Below, piece by piece: positions 11,731 to 25,176 of a stretch of 64,000 bases of DNA. A program made the position numbers and the translations under genes. A model generated the notes under the pieces. The model saw only the letters and a program-made list of their open reading frames with translations. It was not told where the DNA came from and did not search any database. Source of the stretch: Camelus dromedarius (Eukaryota); NCBI RefSeq assembly GCF_036321535.1, contig NC_087437.1, forward strand, positions 103,604,001 through 103,668,000. The letters run 5' to 3'. Numbering within the stretch: position 1 is the stretch's first letter; each line of letters begins with the position of its first letter.

Positions 11731-14700
11731 ACATTCCATGTTGGTAACAGAGGTCAAAGCTATCTGTTCTCTAGAACAAACCTTGCTTAACAGTCCATTT
11801 CAGTCTCGTTCTCATGTGACATGACCTCTTCTGTATCATCTAGAGGAAACCCCTCCATTCTTAACTTGATTTAATGGATGAGTCACATTGAACCACAGGA
11901 GACAACATTGCAGTATTCTACATTAAAGTCATCTGAACATGTTATGGCTACAGGCAGTGGTCTATTTTGATAACTTTTAAAAGGCAAATATCAGCAAAGG
12001 AAGAACAGAGAATAGGATGACTTTACACAAGTGATTTAACCATAAAATTATTATAAAAAGAGAGCCTAAAACAGAGTAGCTACATAAAATGTTATCCTCG
12101 GCTTCCTGGAAATGTTAACACTTCATTTGAATGCCCTTTACATTGTCTTTTTTCTTTAACAGATTTTCCCATGCTATGTCATTTGTTTTATGTGGATTAT
12201 TTCTGAATCATTTAACAATTTCCCAAAGTTGAGGAATCTGAAAATATTCCTACAAAATGTAGATATCTTGTTAGAAATTAAAAAGTAACTTCAACCAAAT
12301 ACAATTTTTAAAGTATCATGTGATATCCAGAAAATCTGAGAGAATGTTAGTAATGAAACAATGCAAAATAAGCAAACAAAGAATATTTTAATCTATTATA
12401 GCAACCAGTTAGATAGGATCTCGTTGAAATTTTTTAAATGACCTAATGATATCAAGTAGTATTTTTCCTTAAATTTAGGAGATCTGTTTAATACTCAGCT
12501 AACTCATGAGGATGCTGAGATAATGGAGAACTGGATGTGAACTCTGAAAGGATTAATACCTTCAATACCTAACATTTTGCTCAACTCCATTTTATCTAGC
12601 AGACATCAATTGTCTACAATCCCCCCTTCCTCCCCAAAGAGGTTAAGAAACTTCTAGGGGCAAGAAAACCATCCGTCGAACTATATATGTATATGTAACA
12701 AAAAAAATCAAAGTTGAAAATTTTTCTTAGAACTTTAAGAAGTAACTACATTTCTAATCAGCGCTAAACAGAAAATTTAGAGAAAATGCCAGGTGGTTTT
12801 TAAGCATTTCCAAAAATTAAGATCAAAAGAAGCTTCTAGAGACAGTTACACTTCTTACTATATACCTCTTAAGGGGAGAAATCATGTCATCATTTTTTGT
12901 GTTTTTAGAACCTAGAAATTTGAGGATCATATTAGTACTAACAATGAAGGTTTCTTGCAAAAGACAAGCGAGAAATTAGCCTCTTTCCAAAAAGGCACAC
13001 CTTGATCAAATTAGGATATACAATCCTTTTGTGGTGTCACTTTCCAGAAAGAATGCATTAAAGCCTTCTAATTGAGAGAAAACATATATATATACATACA
13101 TATATATGTAATATTTACTATATTTTATCTTCTAAAACTAAAAATGGTGAAATAATTTCCTTGTTTTTTTTTTCCTTAAGTAGTTTAAAATAAAGAATAT
13201 TAGTTAACAGTGGAGGCTTGAACATGTATTTTCCTTAATACCTTCTCAATTCTAAGAAAGGACGAAGCATAAATCTCACAGGGAAAAAGAATGACATTTT
13301 TCATGAAAGTTGACAAGCAAATAGATCAATGATAACTGACTTAGACTGAGAATGCAAAGAGAAAAATCAGCAGGAAGCTCGGATGTCCCCTGAGTGCCCC
13401 GTAGAACTTAAGATCGTTTCAAGTTCTTATGACAAAGCCACCTCTCATAGCTGCTACAGATCCCCAGAAATTAAGAAAACAAAAACATTATAAAAGAAAA
13501 TAAAATTAAGCTAAATCTTAAATCTTAAACAAATTGCAGCAGATAGTCCAAACAAAAAGCAGGAAGTATAGTAAAAAGTCAATATCTTGACCAAGATAAA
13601 AGAAGAACAGCATGCCCCAGGGAAAGCACACACAAAATTGATGTAGGTTAAAAGGTAGATATGATGTTTGAATTATTTCTAAAGCAGGTATTTGAAGCAG
13701 TCTTTTTCCTCAAATACAAACATCAGTGGTTCCCTCCATAATTCAATCAAATTTATTTAAGTTATAAGTGGAAGTAAGGTACACAACATAGCTAAAACTT
13801 TTTAACAAATTACATTCTAGAAAAGTAATTCACTCACTATTCTTCATTATATTGTCAACACATATTCGAAATGAGATTCTTAAAAGCACACATTTTGGTC
13901 TTATTAAAAGCTTATAATGGAGCCAGAAATCTATAAACTCAAAAATGAAAAGCATCAAGGGATTAAGTTAACAATCACAATGTTACTATGGGATTTAAAA
14001 TAAAAGATAAAAATGGGGGTATAAATTAGACATTTAAGTAGTTTTGTTTGTTTGGAGTTATGCAAAATTACATAAATGCATCATCAATTGCAAATGGTGT
14101 GATTTGTTTTGCCAAAGAAAATAATGGAAGCTCTCAGTTGGTTAATTTGAATTCTGTACTCAAATCACTGTGAAAGTATAGAACATAAACTGACTCTGAA
14201 AAGTTTCTAAGATCCTATAGCCTTACATTACACATTGATATTATGCAAGCAATTCTTTCTAATAACAGCTTAAAAATTGTCATTTTGGAAAACACCGACA
14301 ATTTCATTATTATTGGACAAAGTTAGAAGGATTAGTTAGTAGAGAATATAAATCAGCAATTTTATTAGAGCATAAAATTAAGTACCTCATATAGAAGATG
14401 GAAGCCCCAAGAGTTTAAAGATTATGCTATTGACATATCAGTTCATTCTAATATAAATTATTAGTAGTTGCATTTATATAAATGGATGGAAAGGTCTGCT
14501 GGTATTAAGTGCACACACCAAATAATTCTATTAAAATTTTTAAATGGCCTGAGCTCATATTCATTTAACAGCTCAATTGCATATTCTTATTCATGTAAAA
14601 CACCCAGGTTGAATTTTCATAACCAGGGGAAATGAAGAATTGAGATAATTATCCCAATAACTTAGACGAAAAATCACACTTGGGGTTCCAAGGAATTGGA

Positions 14701-17599
14701 AAGCAGGAACAATTTATGCTTTAATTCAGAGAAGTAATAATCATGCTAGTTTCCAAATTAATATGTTCGAACTTTTTGGCTCAGATGTTCCTTCAGAAAC
14801 TACAGGATGGGAAGGAGAACAGTAATCTCTGGAGCATGCAGGGCCTGGGGAATGGACAAGTATTAAAAGTGATTTGAAGATGCTCTTTAGTCCTGTGTTA
14901 TACTGAAAAAGTGTATTTTTTTAATCTTAATTTTTTTAAAGGCTGTGTGTTTCACTCTTTATGTTTTTTAAGTCTAATAGCATGACTTACCAAGATAATA
15001 GTTTTCCTACAAAAGTTCCACAACATAGATTCTAAAATCTTTTTAAAAAATCTAACATCATGTTGAAGAGAATAAACTTGATATACACATTGGATTAGAG
15101 TTTTGATAACCAAATGCAGCTTTCTTAGGAAGATGAACACATATGTTTCACAACTGAACACTTCAAAGTAACTTCACAATATTGTCTGTGTTCAAACGCA
15201 AGATTTTTATACACTCCTAGTAACTTGCTGCTGAGACAATGTAAAGCTTTTGTATTATTTGACTAGGTTTGCAATCATTGTAATATAAACATCAGCTCAT
15301 AGCTTCTCAGCTTGACATATTCCAGCATATTGTTTCCAAATAGCTCATTGAATTAACATCTCTAATAGTGTGAGGAAGCTTTTTAAGTTTTTTGGTTTTT
15401 TTTTTTTTTTTTGACAATTATGTCTACATATGCCTCTTAAGATTCCCAAGTACTCAGAGATCACCCAAACTACAGTGGTTACAGCTGAAGGAATGTTAGT
15501 TAAAATTAGCCTCTCTAAACGTGTTGAGGGCATTAACTGCTAATCTACATCTTTGTAAGGTACACAAAGAAAGAAACATGTGACTTTTAGAACTAGGTTT
15601 TGATTGTCAAATCTCAGGGAAAAAAAAAAAAAAAACTAGTTACTTACATCCTAAACTTGACAGAGAAACTGTAACATGTTGTATCATGTAACATGTTACA
15701 TGATGCAACGTTATATTACACCTTATGTTACATACATTACAAATGTTAACATGTGACATCATTTATACTATTTTAAATTTCAAGTCCATTTTGAAAATTT
15801 CCAATCCATTTGTGTCACCCTAAATATTTTTCTCAGATCTTTAAAACAATTACCTGGCTAACCATGAATTATACTGAATGGGCACTCTGTTATTCTATCT
15901 GTGGACTTTTTCATGAGTATATTCTTTCAAAATTTAGGCCTAATTCAAGTCTGCCTAGTTTGTTTCCTTAATTGTGATTTATAATTTTCAGACATTAAAG
16001 GAACATCAAAACATTGGTCACAATGAACATCAGAGATATTGGAGTCCTCAGAGATACTCATGAAAAAGCCTGACAAATCCCAGGTGAAACCAGTCTAGGG
16101 GACTTAAATATGCTTTCAGCAGCAGTATCTCTCCATTTAAATTGTCTAAACTTTTTGGATGAGTCTACTATTTTCAAGCAATTCAAAATAAATCATGAAA
16201 AATGGTAATTGGCTTACTGCTCTCTCATCTAAATACTGTAGGGTTTTTTTTTATGTTTCTGTTTATTCTTTCTTAGGAAGAATAGTAAAACAAAGTAAAA
16301 ATCTAACCATTTAAAGATATTTCAGATAAATAAAAGTCTATCATCACTGCCTGCTCCAAGGTCTTATGCCCTGATAAAACTCTAGTTTCATTCCCTGTAG
16401 TTCCTTTCTATTATTGACAAATATCAAAGTTTTGTTCTTTTTTTGCAATTACAAAACCTGTTGTTTTGAACATCAAGTTGCCTTACACATGTGAACAACG
16501 TGATATGGGGTTTCCAATTAGAAGCTGAAATTCTGTGAATGTTCTGTGTAAGTGTGTGTTCGCCTTTATAGCGTATGTGAACTGCATAGAACAAAAATGA
16601 GACTTTAGTTTTATACTATTTAAAATAAGAAAAGAATGAAGAGATCAGGAAAAATAGTTTGAATAACAATGTCATTCTCTGTCTAAAAATTAATGAAAAT
16701 ACTAATTTTACTATATTTTTAAAAATTTTTGGGATTCATTGATGAAATACACTGGAAACATACCAAAAAAAGCTATGACAAATGTGTACCTAGCTAGATA
16801 TTAAAAAGAAAATGTGATATTGAAAAATGCTGAGTTCTAGACTTTCCCTTCTTCAACGTAGGCTTGTTTAAGATGTGACAATTTGGTTTCATCTTTACAG
16901 CTTGGTTAGTTAAAGAATAAATAACTTGGTAAACATAAATATTTAGAAGGAGGTCCAACACAAAGATCAAACTTTTGCTTCATAAATAAGCAATATTGGT
17001 ATGAAAACTAAACAAATAAATACAATTGAGATAAATAATCACGTACTAACTATAAAATCACTTTCATGAAGTAACGTGTCTTCTTATACCTACAAAAATA
17101 TAATAAATTGTACTAAAATCACCTAAAAAGTTAAATTTAATGTTTACATTGGTTAAATTTAACATTTGAATCTTACTTTCATAATGCAAGGATTTTCTAT
17201 TTTTCTGTGAATAAATCAGAATGAATAGGGAGTATTTTGAAGAAATAACACATTTATGTTTTTCAGATAAGTATCAAGGTTGATATTTGGTGCTAAACAA
17301 CATACAGTTTTATGTTGTTGAATTCAGCAACCATGTTAAAGTTTTCCTCCCAAGCGCTTTATTTTTCTGAGCCACTTTAGAAGTGAACGTTGTGTTTTGT
17401 TAAACAAGCAAATTCATGTCTGTAGTCTATTTCTAAAATATGTAAGTTACAGGTTTACCTTTAAAAACTCAAAATATCTGATGTTTACTTGGAATCATTT
17501 TTGCCTAGGGAACCTCAGAACAATGAGTACAGCATTTTGCCTTGTTGCGACAGAAACTGTTTAGAGAAAACTCTGATTTCTTTCATTCTTTACAGTGGA

Positions 17600-17996
17600 T
17601 GCTTCATGGAGGGTACTCTAGAAGTGGAAAATAATACAATATTTAAGTCTTAAGATATGTGTTAGGGTCAACACCTGTGAAAAAATAAGGAAAAGCAAGA
17701 TTAGTAGAGAAAATATTTAAGCAGTGAGAAAGGTCAGACCACCAGAAGACAGGACAGATGAATATTTGCATATAATAACTATCTTCCATGAGGCTACACT
17801 GGCTGGCCTTTGTGTCCCCGCTTAGGTCATACTCTGGTGGTTGGGGGATGGGTTACAACCCTGGACAAGAGAGCTCTCTGAAATCTTGAAAGATTCCAAA
17901 CTGACTGCAACTGACTGATGGCTGGAGGCTTCTGTCTGAACTCCCCAGTCTTGAAGTGGGATGTCGGCAGTGCACCGCATCACTCTGTCTACCGCA
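17600..17996 (-). mobile_element. LTR16-like ERVL LTR
   Basis: Minus strand starts 'tgcggtagacagagtgatgcggtgcactgccgacatcccacttcaagactg', preceded by purine-rich 'aggagttagac' (PPT position). Left boundary approximate. Confidence 0.7.
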
Positions 17997-18725
17997 GTCT
18001 AACTCCTGAACCAATCGTTTCCAATTCTGTATCAACTTTCAAGGAGCAGTTCTGCCATGAATATGATGAGCTTCTTTTCCTAAGGGAGATTTATAAGAAG
18101 GGAGCTAGAGAGACTGACTTCAGCCTCTGACACTGCGGTCAATCTCAGAATCGCAACTGATTCTGTTTATCTTCTTCTTGGATCATTCATTCCAGATTCC
18201 CTTACCTGTAGGTGACTCTCTTTTCTGACCGGAATTGCTTAACTACTGTGGTGATGTAGACACTGATTCATGAGGTGCCCGAGTCTCTGGTCATCACGTA
18301 CATAGTGGTTGTTTTAACGTGTCCTTTTGCATTCATATTTGGCCAAGGGAAAACACTGAGGGGACCACCTGGTTTCCACACATCTTCCTTCCTACTCCCT
18401 CTGAGCAAGAGCAACCCCACCTCCTCCTGATGATCAGTCAGTTATCCCTGCCGCGTCAGTGATTCTTTTGCTTACTGCTTTCTGTACCCAAGGAATCCTA
18501 ATTTCATGGCACTAGTCATACTTGATAATTAAATGGAAATTTTGCTGTTTATCCTGGAGAAAAATGTGCCCCTTTTGGAGACCAAGACCTCTAATTTGGC
18601 AGAACCACTAGATGTAGAAACAGGAGACACAAATCCAGTGCGTTATTGGGAGTGATGGTAATTGGGAACACTGTGCTGTGTCTATTCTGCGTTGCCCCGA
18701 GCCTCCTACGTGGTGGCCAATGACA
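17997..18725 (-). mobile_element. ERVL internal fragment (HERV16/ERV3-16A3-like 3' region) attached to the LTR
   Basis: ERVL-internal-like stretches 'gagcaaccccacctcctcctgatgatcagtc', 'ggagaccaagacctctaatttggcagaacc', 'gggagtgatggtaattggg'. Confidence 0.7.
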
Positions 18726-18789
18726 GAGCCTGGCTAGTGACAATTTGCCAAGTCATTGTTTCCATGTGCTTGCTTAGTGACTGACTCGT

Positions 18790-20090
18790 TCTACATCTTG
18801 TCCCTCATAACTTTGTTATTATTCATTTCACTCATTCGTATGCTATAATCACCCACTACCTTGTATTGTTACTTTTCTAAAGGGTAATTAAAAGCTAATT
18901 TAAAATAATAAAAATAAACTATTTTATCTTGCCCTCATTTATACTTTCTCAGGTATTTCTTCTTCCATTATATAGATCTGACTTAATCGCCTATATTATT
19001 ATTTTTTTTCCCGATGAAGAAATTCCTTTAACATTTCTTTCAGGGCAGGACTGCTGGGAATTGATTCCTAAAATTATTTGTCTGAGAAAGTCTTGTTTTT
19101 CTCCTTCATTTTTGAAAGATATTTTTTACTGGTTATAGATTGATGCTTTCTTATCAACAGTGAAATATTTCACTTTATTCTCATTTTGCTTGCATGATTT
19201 CAGGTAAAATTTTTTCAGTAATTTTTATCTTTATTCGTCCCTATATAAGGTGTTCCCCCACCCCCACCCCGTGGCTTCTTTCAAGGTTTTCTCTTCACCA
19301 TTGGTTTACTTCAGTTTGAATATGTTTCTAGGTCTAGATTGTTTGTGTGTTTGTTTGACTGATTGGTTGGTTTAGTTTGGTTTTGGTATTTATCCTGTTG
19401 AGTATTCTCTGAAATTCATGGATCTCTGGTTTGGTGTCTGTGATTAATTTTGGAAAGTTCTGAATCGTTATCATTTCCAACATATTTTTCTGTTTCATTC
19501 GCCATTTCTTCTTCTCCCAGTATTCCAATTATTCATATATTTTGGAATTTGTGAATTTCGGAATTGTCCCACATTTTTTGGATGCTCTCTTTGTGTCTCT
19601 GTGTGTGTGTGTGTGTGTGTATTATTTTTGTCTCTGAATCTAAATTTGGGACGTTTCTATTAACAAATCTAAGAGTTATTGATTCTTTGAAAATTCCAAA
19701 GGCATTCCTTATTTTTAATCACAGTATTTTTGATTTCCAGCATTTACATTTTATTCTCTGCTAGAGTTTCCATCTCACTTTTTACATTACCTGTCAGTTC
19801 TTTCATTCAGTCTACTTTTTTCTTTAGAGCCTTAATATATTAAATATAATTATTTAAATTTTTCTGTCTGATTACTCCAACATCAAGGTCTTATTTGAGT
19901 CTGATCCCAATGCTTATTCTATGTCTTTAAATAGTATTTTTCTTTCCTTTTAGTATATCTTGCAAGTTTTGTTGAAAGTCAAGCATGTTGTATCAGATAA
20001 TAGGAGCTGAAGTAAATAAGCTTTTTATTGTTGTAAGGATGTGATTAATGACTTCCAAGATCTTTATATACTGGAGCTGAAACCAGAAGT
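18790..20090 (-). mobile_element. Old L1M fragment, ORF1/inter-ORF region
   Basis: Minus ORF 19334-19528 'LEMITIQNFPKLITDTKPEIHEFQRILNRINTK' resembles L1 ORF1p 'EIMAENFPNL..QIQEAQRTP.RIN'; contains (GT)10 at 19601-19620. Confidence 0.85.
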
Positions 20091-21039
20091 CTTAGATACT
20101 GAGCACAGAGCAGTGAACAGAATAGAAAAGAATTCCTGATATTCAGGTATGCAAGGGCAAATTATTCTACAGATATTTTCACATGTTATCCAGTTTTAAA
20201 ATAACTACAAAGAACAGTAAAGCCTAAACAAGAAAAAACGTTATATTTTGTTGTCAGTTAATAAAGTGAATTAGCATATATTTGTGATATGTCTAACTCA
20301 CTTATTCTTGAAAAGTAAACTTTCATAGGTTTTTACTATATGTGTATGGGAATCAATCCTCTGACATTTATTTGTGTATCTCCAAGTAACAGCATTATTT
20401 TGCCATCATAATGTAATATGTTTGATGACAATATAATGCAGATGATTTTCTTTTCAATGTGCATCTTCTCTATCCTCTCAAATTCCTGACTGTGATTAGC
20501 TCATAGACATCACTGAAGCAAAGTATCCCCATTCAGCAGTATGAAATAAAGAGCAAATCAAGAGTGAATACTAATAACTTCTTAAGTTCAAAGAAGGAGG
20601 ACAATATTTCTGTGGGCAGCGTGGTAAAGTAGGCCTTTGAAAACCTGACTACCCTAATGATGCAGATTTAAATATTTTCCATCAGAATATGAAATTTGGA
20701 GAGATTTTAATTTTATTCATTAATTCTACAACTATTCCTGGAGCATCAACTCTGTACCAGCCCCTTTATTGGAACTTTAGATAAAGTGGTATTAGTAAAA
20801 ACCTAACAAGCTCACCACATTTTGATGTCACAAGATAAGGTGACCACTGGCTTTTCCTGCTCTATGATTCATTATAAAATAATGTACAGACTACAGGTAT
20901 TAATTATGAATAAAAATGACATTCTATTCATGAGATGTTATTTTTAAATAGTATATGACACACTAGTGTCTATATTAATTTCTCGTAACTCACGTAACAT
21001 ATAATTATAGGATGGGAAAAGGCGTTCTAAACATTAAAA

Positions 21040-21350
21040 CACTACTTACATACAAACTCCATCTAGCAAATCACTTAACCTTTGACAGTCTTTGTTATTT
21101 GTCAATGAAATGGGAATATAATAGGTGCCTGCCTCACAACATTTCATCATATATCAACATAAATATTAAATTTACGACCACCTGGTTACCAGTAAAACTT
21201 ATAACCAATGTAACATGCTACATTCACCAATAAACATTTATTGAGTGCTTTAGAGATGAAATGCATCATTTCATTTGCTTTGGGAAATTGTGCAAATAAA
21301 ACAGACATGATGCCTAACCTCATGATTACACGCTTATAGAAAAGATAAAG
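21040..21350. mobile_element. Adjacent MIR (+) and L2 3'-end (-) relics
   Basis: 'caaatcacttaacct..gtcaatgaaatgggaatataatag' followed by 'cattcaccaataaacatttattgagtgc..aaacagacatgatgcctaacctcatg'. Confidence 0.65.
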
Positions 21351-23064
21351 TATACACTTGACTTTAGTGTAAGGAAAGGAAGAAAATCAACCTTATTGAT
21401 TTATTTATTTCTAAAACCATAAATCAAGGCCTATATTAGGAAGGAAGGATCCACTCAAAAATCCTGTGAGAAAAGAGGTTTTTTTTTTAATTTAATTTTT
21501 AAGAAGAAAAAGCCAAATCCTTGAGAAAAATGCTTTTGCTTCTGGGGAAAAATATATCTAAAATCATAACACACTTTAATGTGCTTCTTCAATTTCAATT
21601 TGACATTGAAAAGTATTTCTTACTAGGTGATCACCATCAGGTGAACTTTCAATTTATTTTCTAGAGAACAGTTGGAGGAAAGATATGTCTGAAAAGCAAA
21701 ATGTTTTCAAAGGTCATGAAAGGGAGAATGCTGACAAAAGATAACAGGACATTCTCCTACGGAGTACCTTACATGATAATGTAATTTCTTAAAATACTGA
21801 GGTGAAAAGGAATTCTTTTAACCTGGTTTTTGCCTGCAAACACTGGTAAGGCTGAACATTTCCAGTGGGTACTCAAGCATGGAAAATAATTTAAAAATGG
21901 TAGAACCCATTTCTTTGTCCTGTGCTTTATCAAACCTGTAACTGTAGCTACCTGAGCCCTATAGCTCATGTCCAGCTAGTATTATAGGTGTTCTATTGTT
22001 CTTGCAAGTTTGAATTCCTGACTGGTATTGGAAGATATTTTAAATATAAACAAATAAATTAATGTACTGAGACAAAAGAACAGGAAGACAATAAACAACA
22101 AAATTATTCATTTATTTTACGTTCAAGCACAAGGGTCTTCAAAAAATTGATTGTAATTAAGAGAGGAATATTTGTCATTAGAAATCTTTGTGTTTCTAAG
22201 TGACATAATAATATTAACATAAGCAAATTTGTACAGACTTTAAAAAACTTGTTGGCTGATATTCTTCATTATGCTTGACAATATACAATGCTTGGATGAA
22301 AAAACGATGTGATATTTTGTCATTATTTGTTAATTTCTACACTTTCCTAGGCGTAGTTATAACTGTCTCCTTGACCCGGAACTAGTAGCCTCTTACATAA
22401 ACATTTTGAATTCACAGAGAAAGCACAAAGTCTAAGTCATATGTCAAAGAGTATCTCAAATTCTCACAAAATCATCTTGCCGCCATCTCTCTGACTCCTT
22501 AGTTCAACCAACTATGTGCTAAAGCACAAAACCAGAACAAGATAATAAAAAAGGAAAAAACACAGTCAATTTAGTAAAGTGTATTCTTATATATATATAT
22601 ATATATACACACATATATATGTTTTGCATTTTTTTAAACTTTATGACACAACATAAATTATCTCTGATGACTTTATGAACAAGCAATTTATTTTAAAAAA
22701 GATAATGCCCATAATTCTGTTTCCATTATGATATTAAATTTAAAGAGAGAATAATAATGAATATACCTTGATGAGTCTACTGGCTATTAAAATTGAATGG
22801 AATAGTCAGAAAATTGCACCATAATGATGAGAAATATTAGGTATAATTTTCCAAAGATTTGAAGTAATATTTGAATACAACTTCCAGTACAAAAGATGAT
22901 GGCACGAGACATTCTATTTTGTATATAACATATCTGGGACATTCTTTGTGTTCATTTTCCAATGTTTCAACTTGTCTTTAAACTGTACTGTTTATAACAT
23001 GTATATTTAATAGAATTAAAATATAGTTGGCTATCAACTTACCATGTTGTAATTTGTTTTCTGT

Positions 23065-23400
23065 AAAGGGAGGGCCCCATGTGGATTTCTATAACTCTTT
23101 TTCTGCCCAGATGCTCATTTCCAGCGTTATGCCTTGCTGCTTCCTGTAGTCTCAGCCTTCCTGAGCCCTGATATTTTTCTCTTCTACACAACAGGTCTGC
23201 TGGACTCAATCTGGGTTCCCCTTGCTAAATCACTATTCTGGAAAGATGCCTCCAGGCAGAAATATAAGACAATTATAGAGCTCATATCATACAGTTCCCT
23301 TTCCTTAGGGCCTGCAGTCCTGTGAAATCTGTTGTCTAAATGTCTAAAAATAATTACTTTACATATGCTCTCCAGTTCTACTGGTTTTCTTTTTTCTTTA
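23065..23400 (-). mobile_element. Old L1M 5'-region fragment
   Basis: 'ctgggttcccct..ctggaaagatgcctccaggcagaaa..ctgttgtctaaatgtctaaaaa' resembles antisense L1M 5' sequence. Confidence 0.55.
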
Positions 23401-24102
23401 ATTAATGGAGGTTGTGGCTCAAAGTGTATGTCCTTGAACCACTCTATTTAAATATCAGGTGATGTTCTAAAGCTTTAGAGCACAAGGACAACCCAAAATT
23501 AGACATCCAAGTCATAAAAAAGTTAAATATGGTGGAATTTATTCCCCTAACACAACTCACATATGAAAATGCATACCTAAAATTAAAGAGATAAATATAA
23601 AGGCTAAATAAGTCACAGAAATCCAACCATAGCTGTGATGGTGGTGAGGGGACAACTGGCATCACCACTGTTGTCTGACAACAGAGGGGGTGAGGACTGG
23701 TTCCTGTCTTCTTTGGCAATTTGAAGTCACGTCAACGTATTATCTTCTGTATGTATAGCTTCTGACTCCCTTTAAGCATGTATTGCCTAATGAAGCCATT
23801 TCTTTCAGCTCTACTTATTTGTTTAGTAGGTCAGAAAGACAACATTACTAGTCTTAAGGCAATCGATTTAATTTTATTTATCTTAAAACTATACTAACTG
23901 CCTTGCAAGAATATGTACAGAGTTTTGATTTTCATGTGGAAGGAAACTCCTGTGGAGGAGGAGAAAGCTCCTAATAAAGTCGTTCACTCAGAGATAATGA
24001 CTATAAACTTTGAGGGGGAAAAAAAAAAAAACCACAAAAAGAAGGAAAAGAAAAGAAAATTACCTGAGTGGTCTGAAGAGTGAATAAAAGTAGGCAAAAT
24101 TT

Positions 24103-24192
24103 ATGAATAACTGAAAAATTGTGCTGAACACTGGAATTTGACACAACATTGTAAAATGATTATAAATCAATAAAAAATGTTAAAAAAAAAAA
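24103..24192 (+). mobile_element. Very short young L1 3' tail with TSD
   Basis: 'aactgaaaaattgtgctgaacactggaatttgacacaacattgtaaaatgattataaatcaataaaaaatgtt(A)11'; TSD aaaagtaggcaaaattt (24086-24102) / aaaagtaggcagaattt (24189-24205). Confidence 0.9.
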
Positions 24193-25103
24193 GTAGGCAG
24201 AATTTGGGGTATTTTTAAAACTTCAGAAAAGACTGGCCCAGGGAGCTTTTCACATTTCTGTGGCTTTGCCTGAAGGTCAAAGGCATCTTGGCATGATGCA
24301 GTTCAGCTGAATCATCTACAGAAACTTTACTGTGTTTTGACCAGAGAAACTGGAAGAAGGAACCTGTAGCAACAAGTATTGCTGGAATATAAGGGGTTAC
24401 CCTAGAAAGGAGAAAGTCTTAAAAGGGGAATCTCAAATTTAGAAATGCCTCAGTCACTGAATAACCTCTGAAACGTACATACATATGTATGCACAGTAAG
24501 CTAAAAGCTTTCTGGACTGAGATCTGAGTTGTCACATACCACAGACAAGACAAAGTACATTTAATCTAAGTGAATTAATTGCCCACTAAAACAAATATAT
24601 CAACTTCTTTTAGAGGATATAAAAGAACCCAGTTGCCACAACATCATATCCACAATGTTCAGAATGCAATCCGAAGTTATTTAAGTTACTCAAAATACCA
24701 AGAAGATCAAAATCATTAGGCATCATGGAAACTCAAATTGAAATCACAGTAAAATGTCACTCTGTATCCATCAGAATAGTTAAAATGTATAAAACTACTC
24801 CTGCATTGATAAGAATTTGTAATCTAAAATACTACTGGTTAGCATGTAAAATATTTCGCTTCGAGAAACTATTTTGGAAATTATTTATTTCTTAAAGCTT
24901 TACACACTATACAATGTTGTCTTCCATTCCTAGATATTTAACCAAGAAAAATGACAGCATGCAAAGACTTCATATAATCTTCATGGGACTTTCATTAATA
25001 ATGTATCAAAAACTGGAAACCACCCATATGTCCATCCATGTATGTAAATAAATTCAATGTGCTATATTCTTATAATTTAATACTGTTATAAAAAATACAT
25101 ACA

Positions 25104-25176
25104 ACTTAAACACTTTGCTGTATATCTGCTACTAACACAACATTGTAAATCAACCATACTTCAATTAACAATAAAA
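25104..25176 (+). mobile_element. Short artiodactyl-type L1 3' tail with TSD
   Basis: 'cactttgctgtatatctgctactaacacaacattgtaaatcaaccatacttcaat'; TSD aaaatacataca (25092-25103) / aaaatatataca (25173-25184). Confidence 0.8.

Noticed and set aside
12479..12540. Acceptor followed by a frame reading DLFNTQLTHEDAEIMENWM*
   Set aside because: Short, unrecognised, and no compatible upstream coding exon found.
13200..13700. Possible HAL1/L1ME 5' relic
   Set aside because: Too diverged to assign without an alignment.
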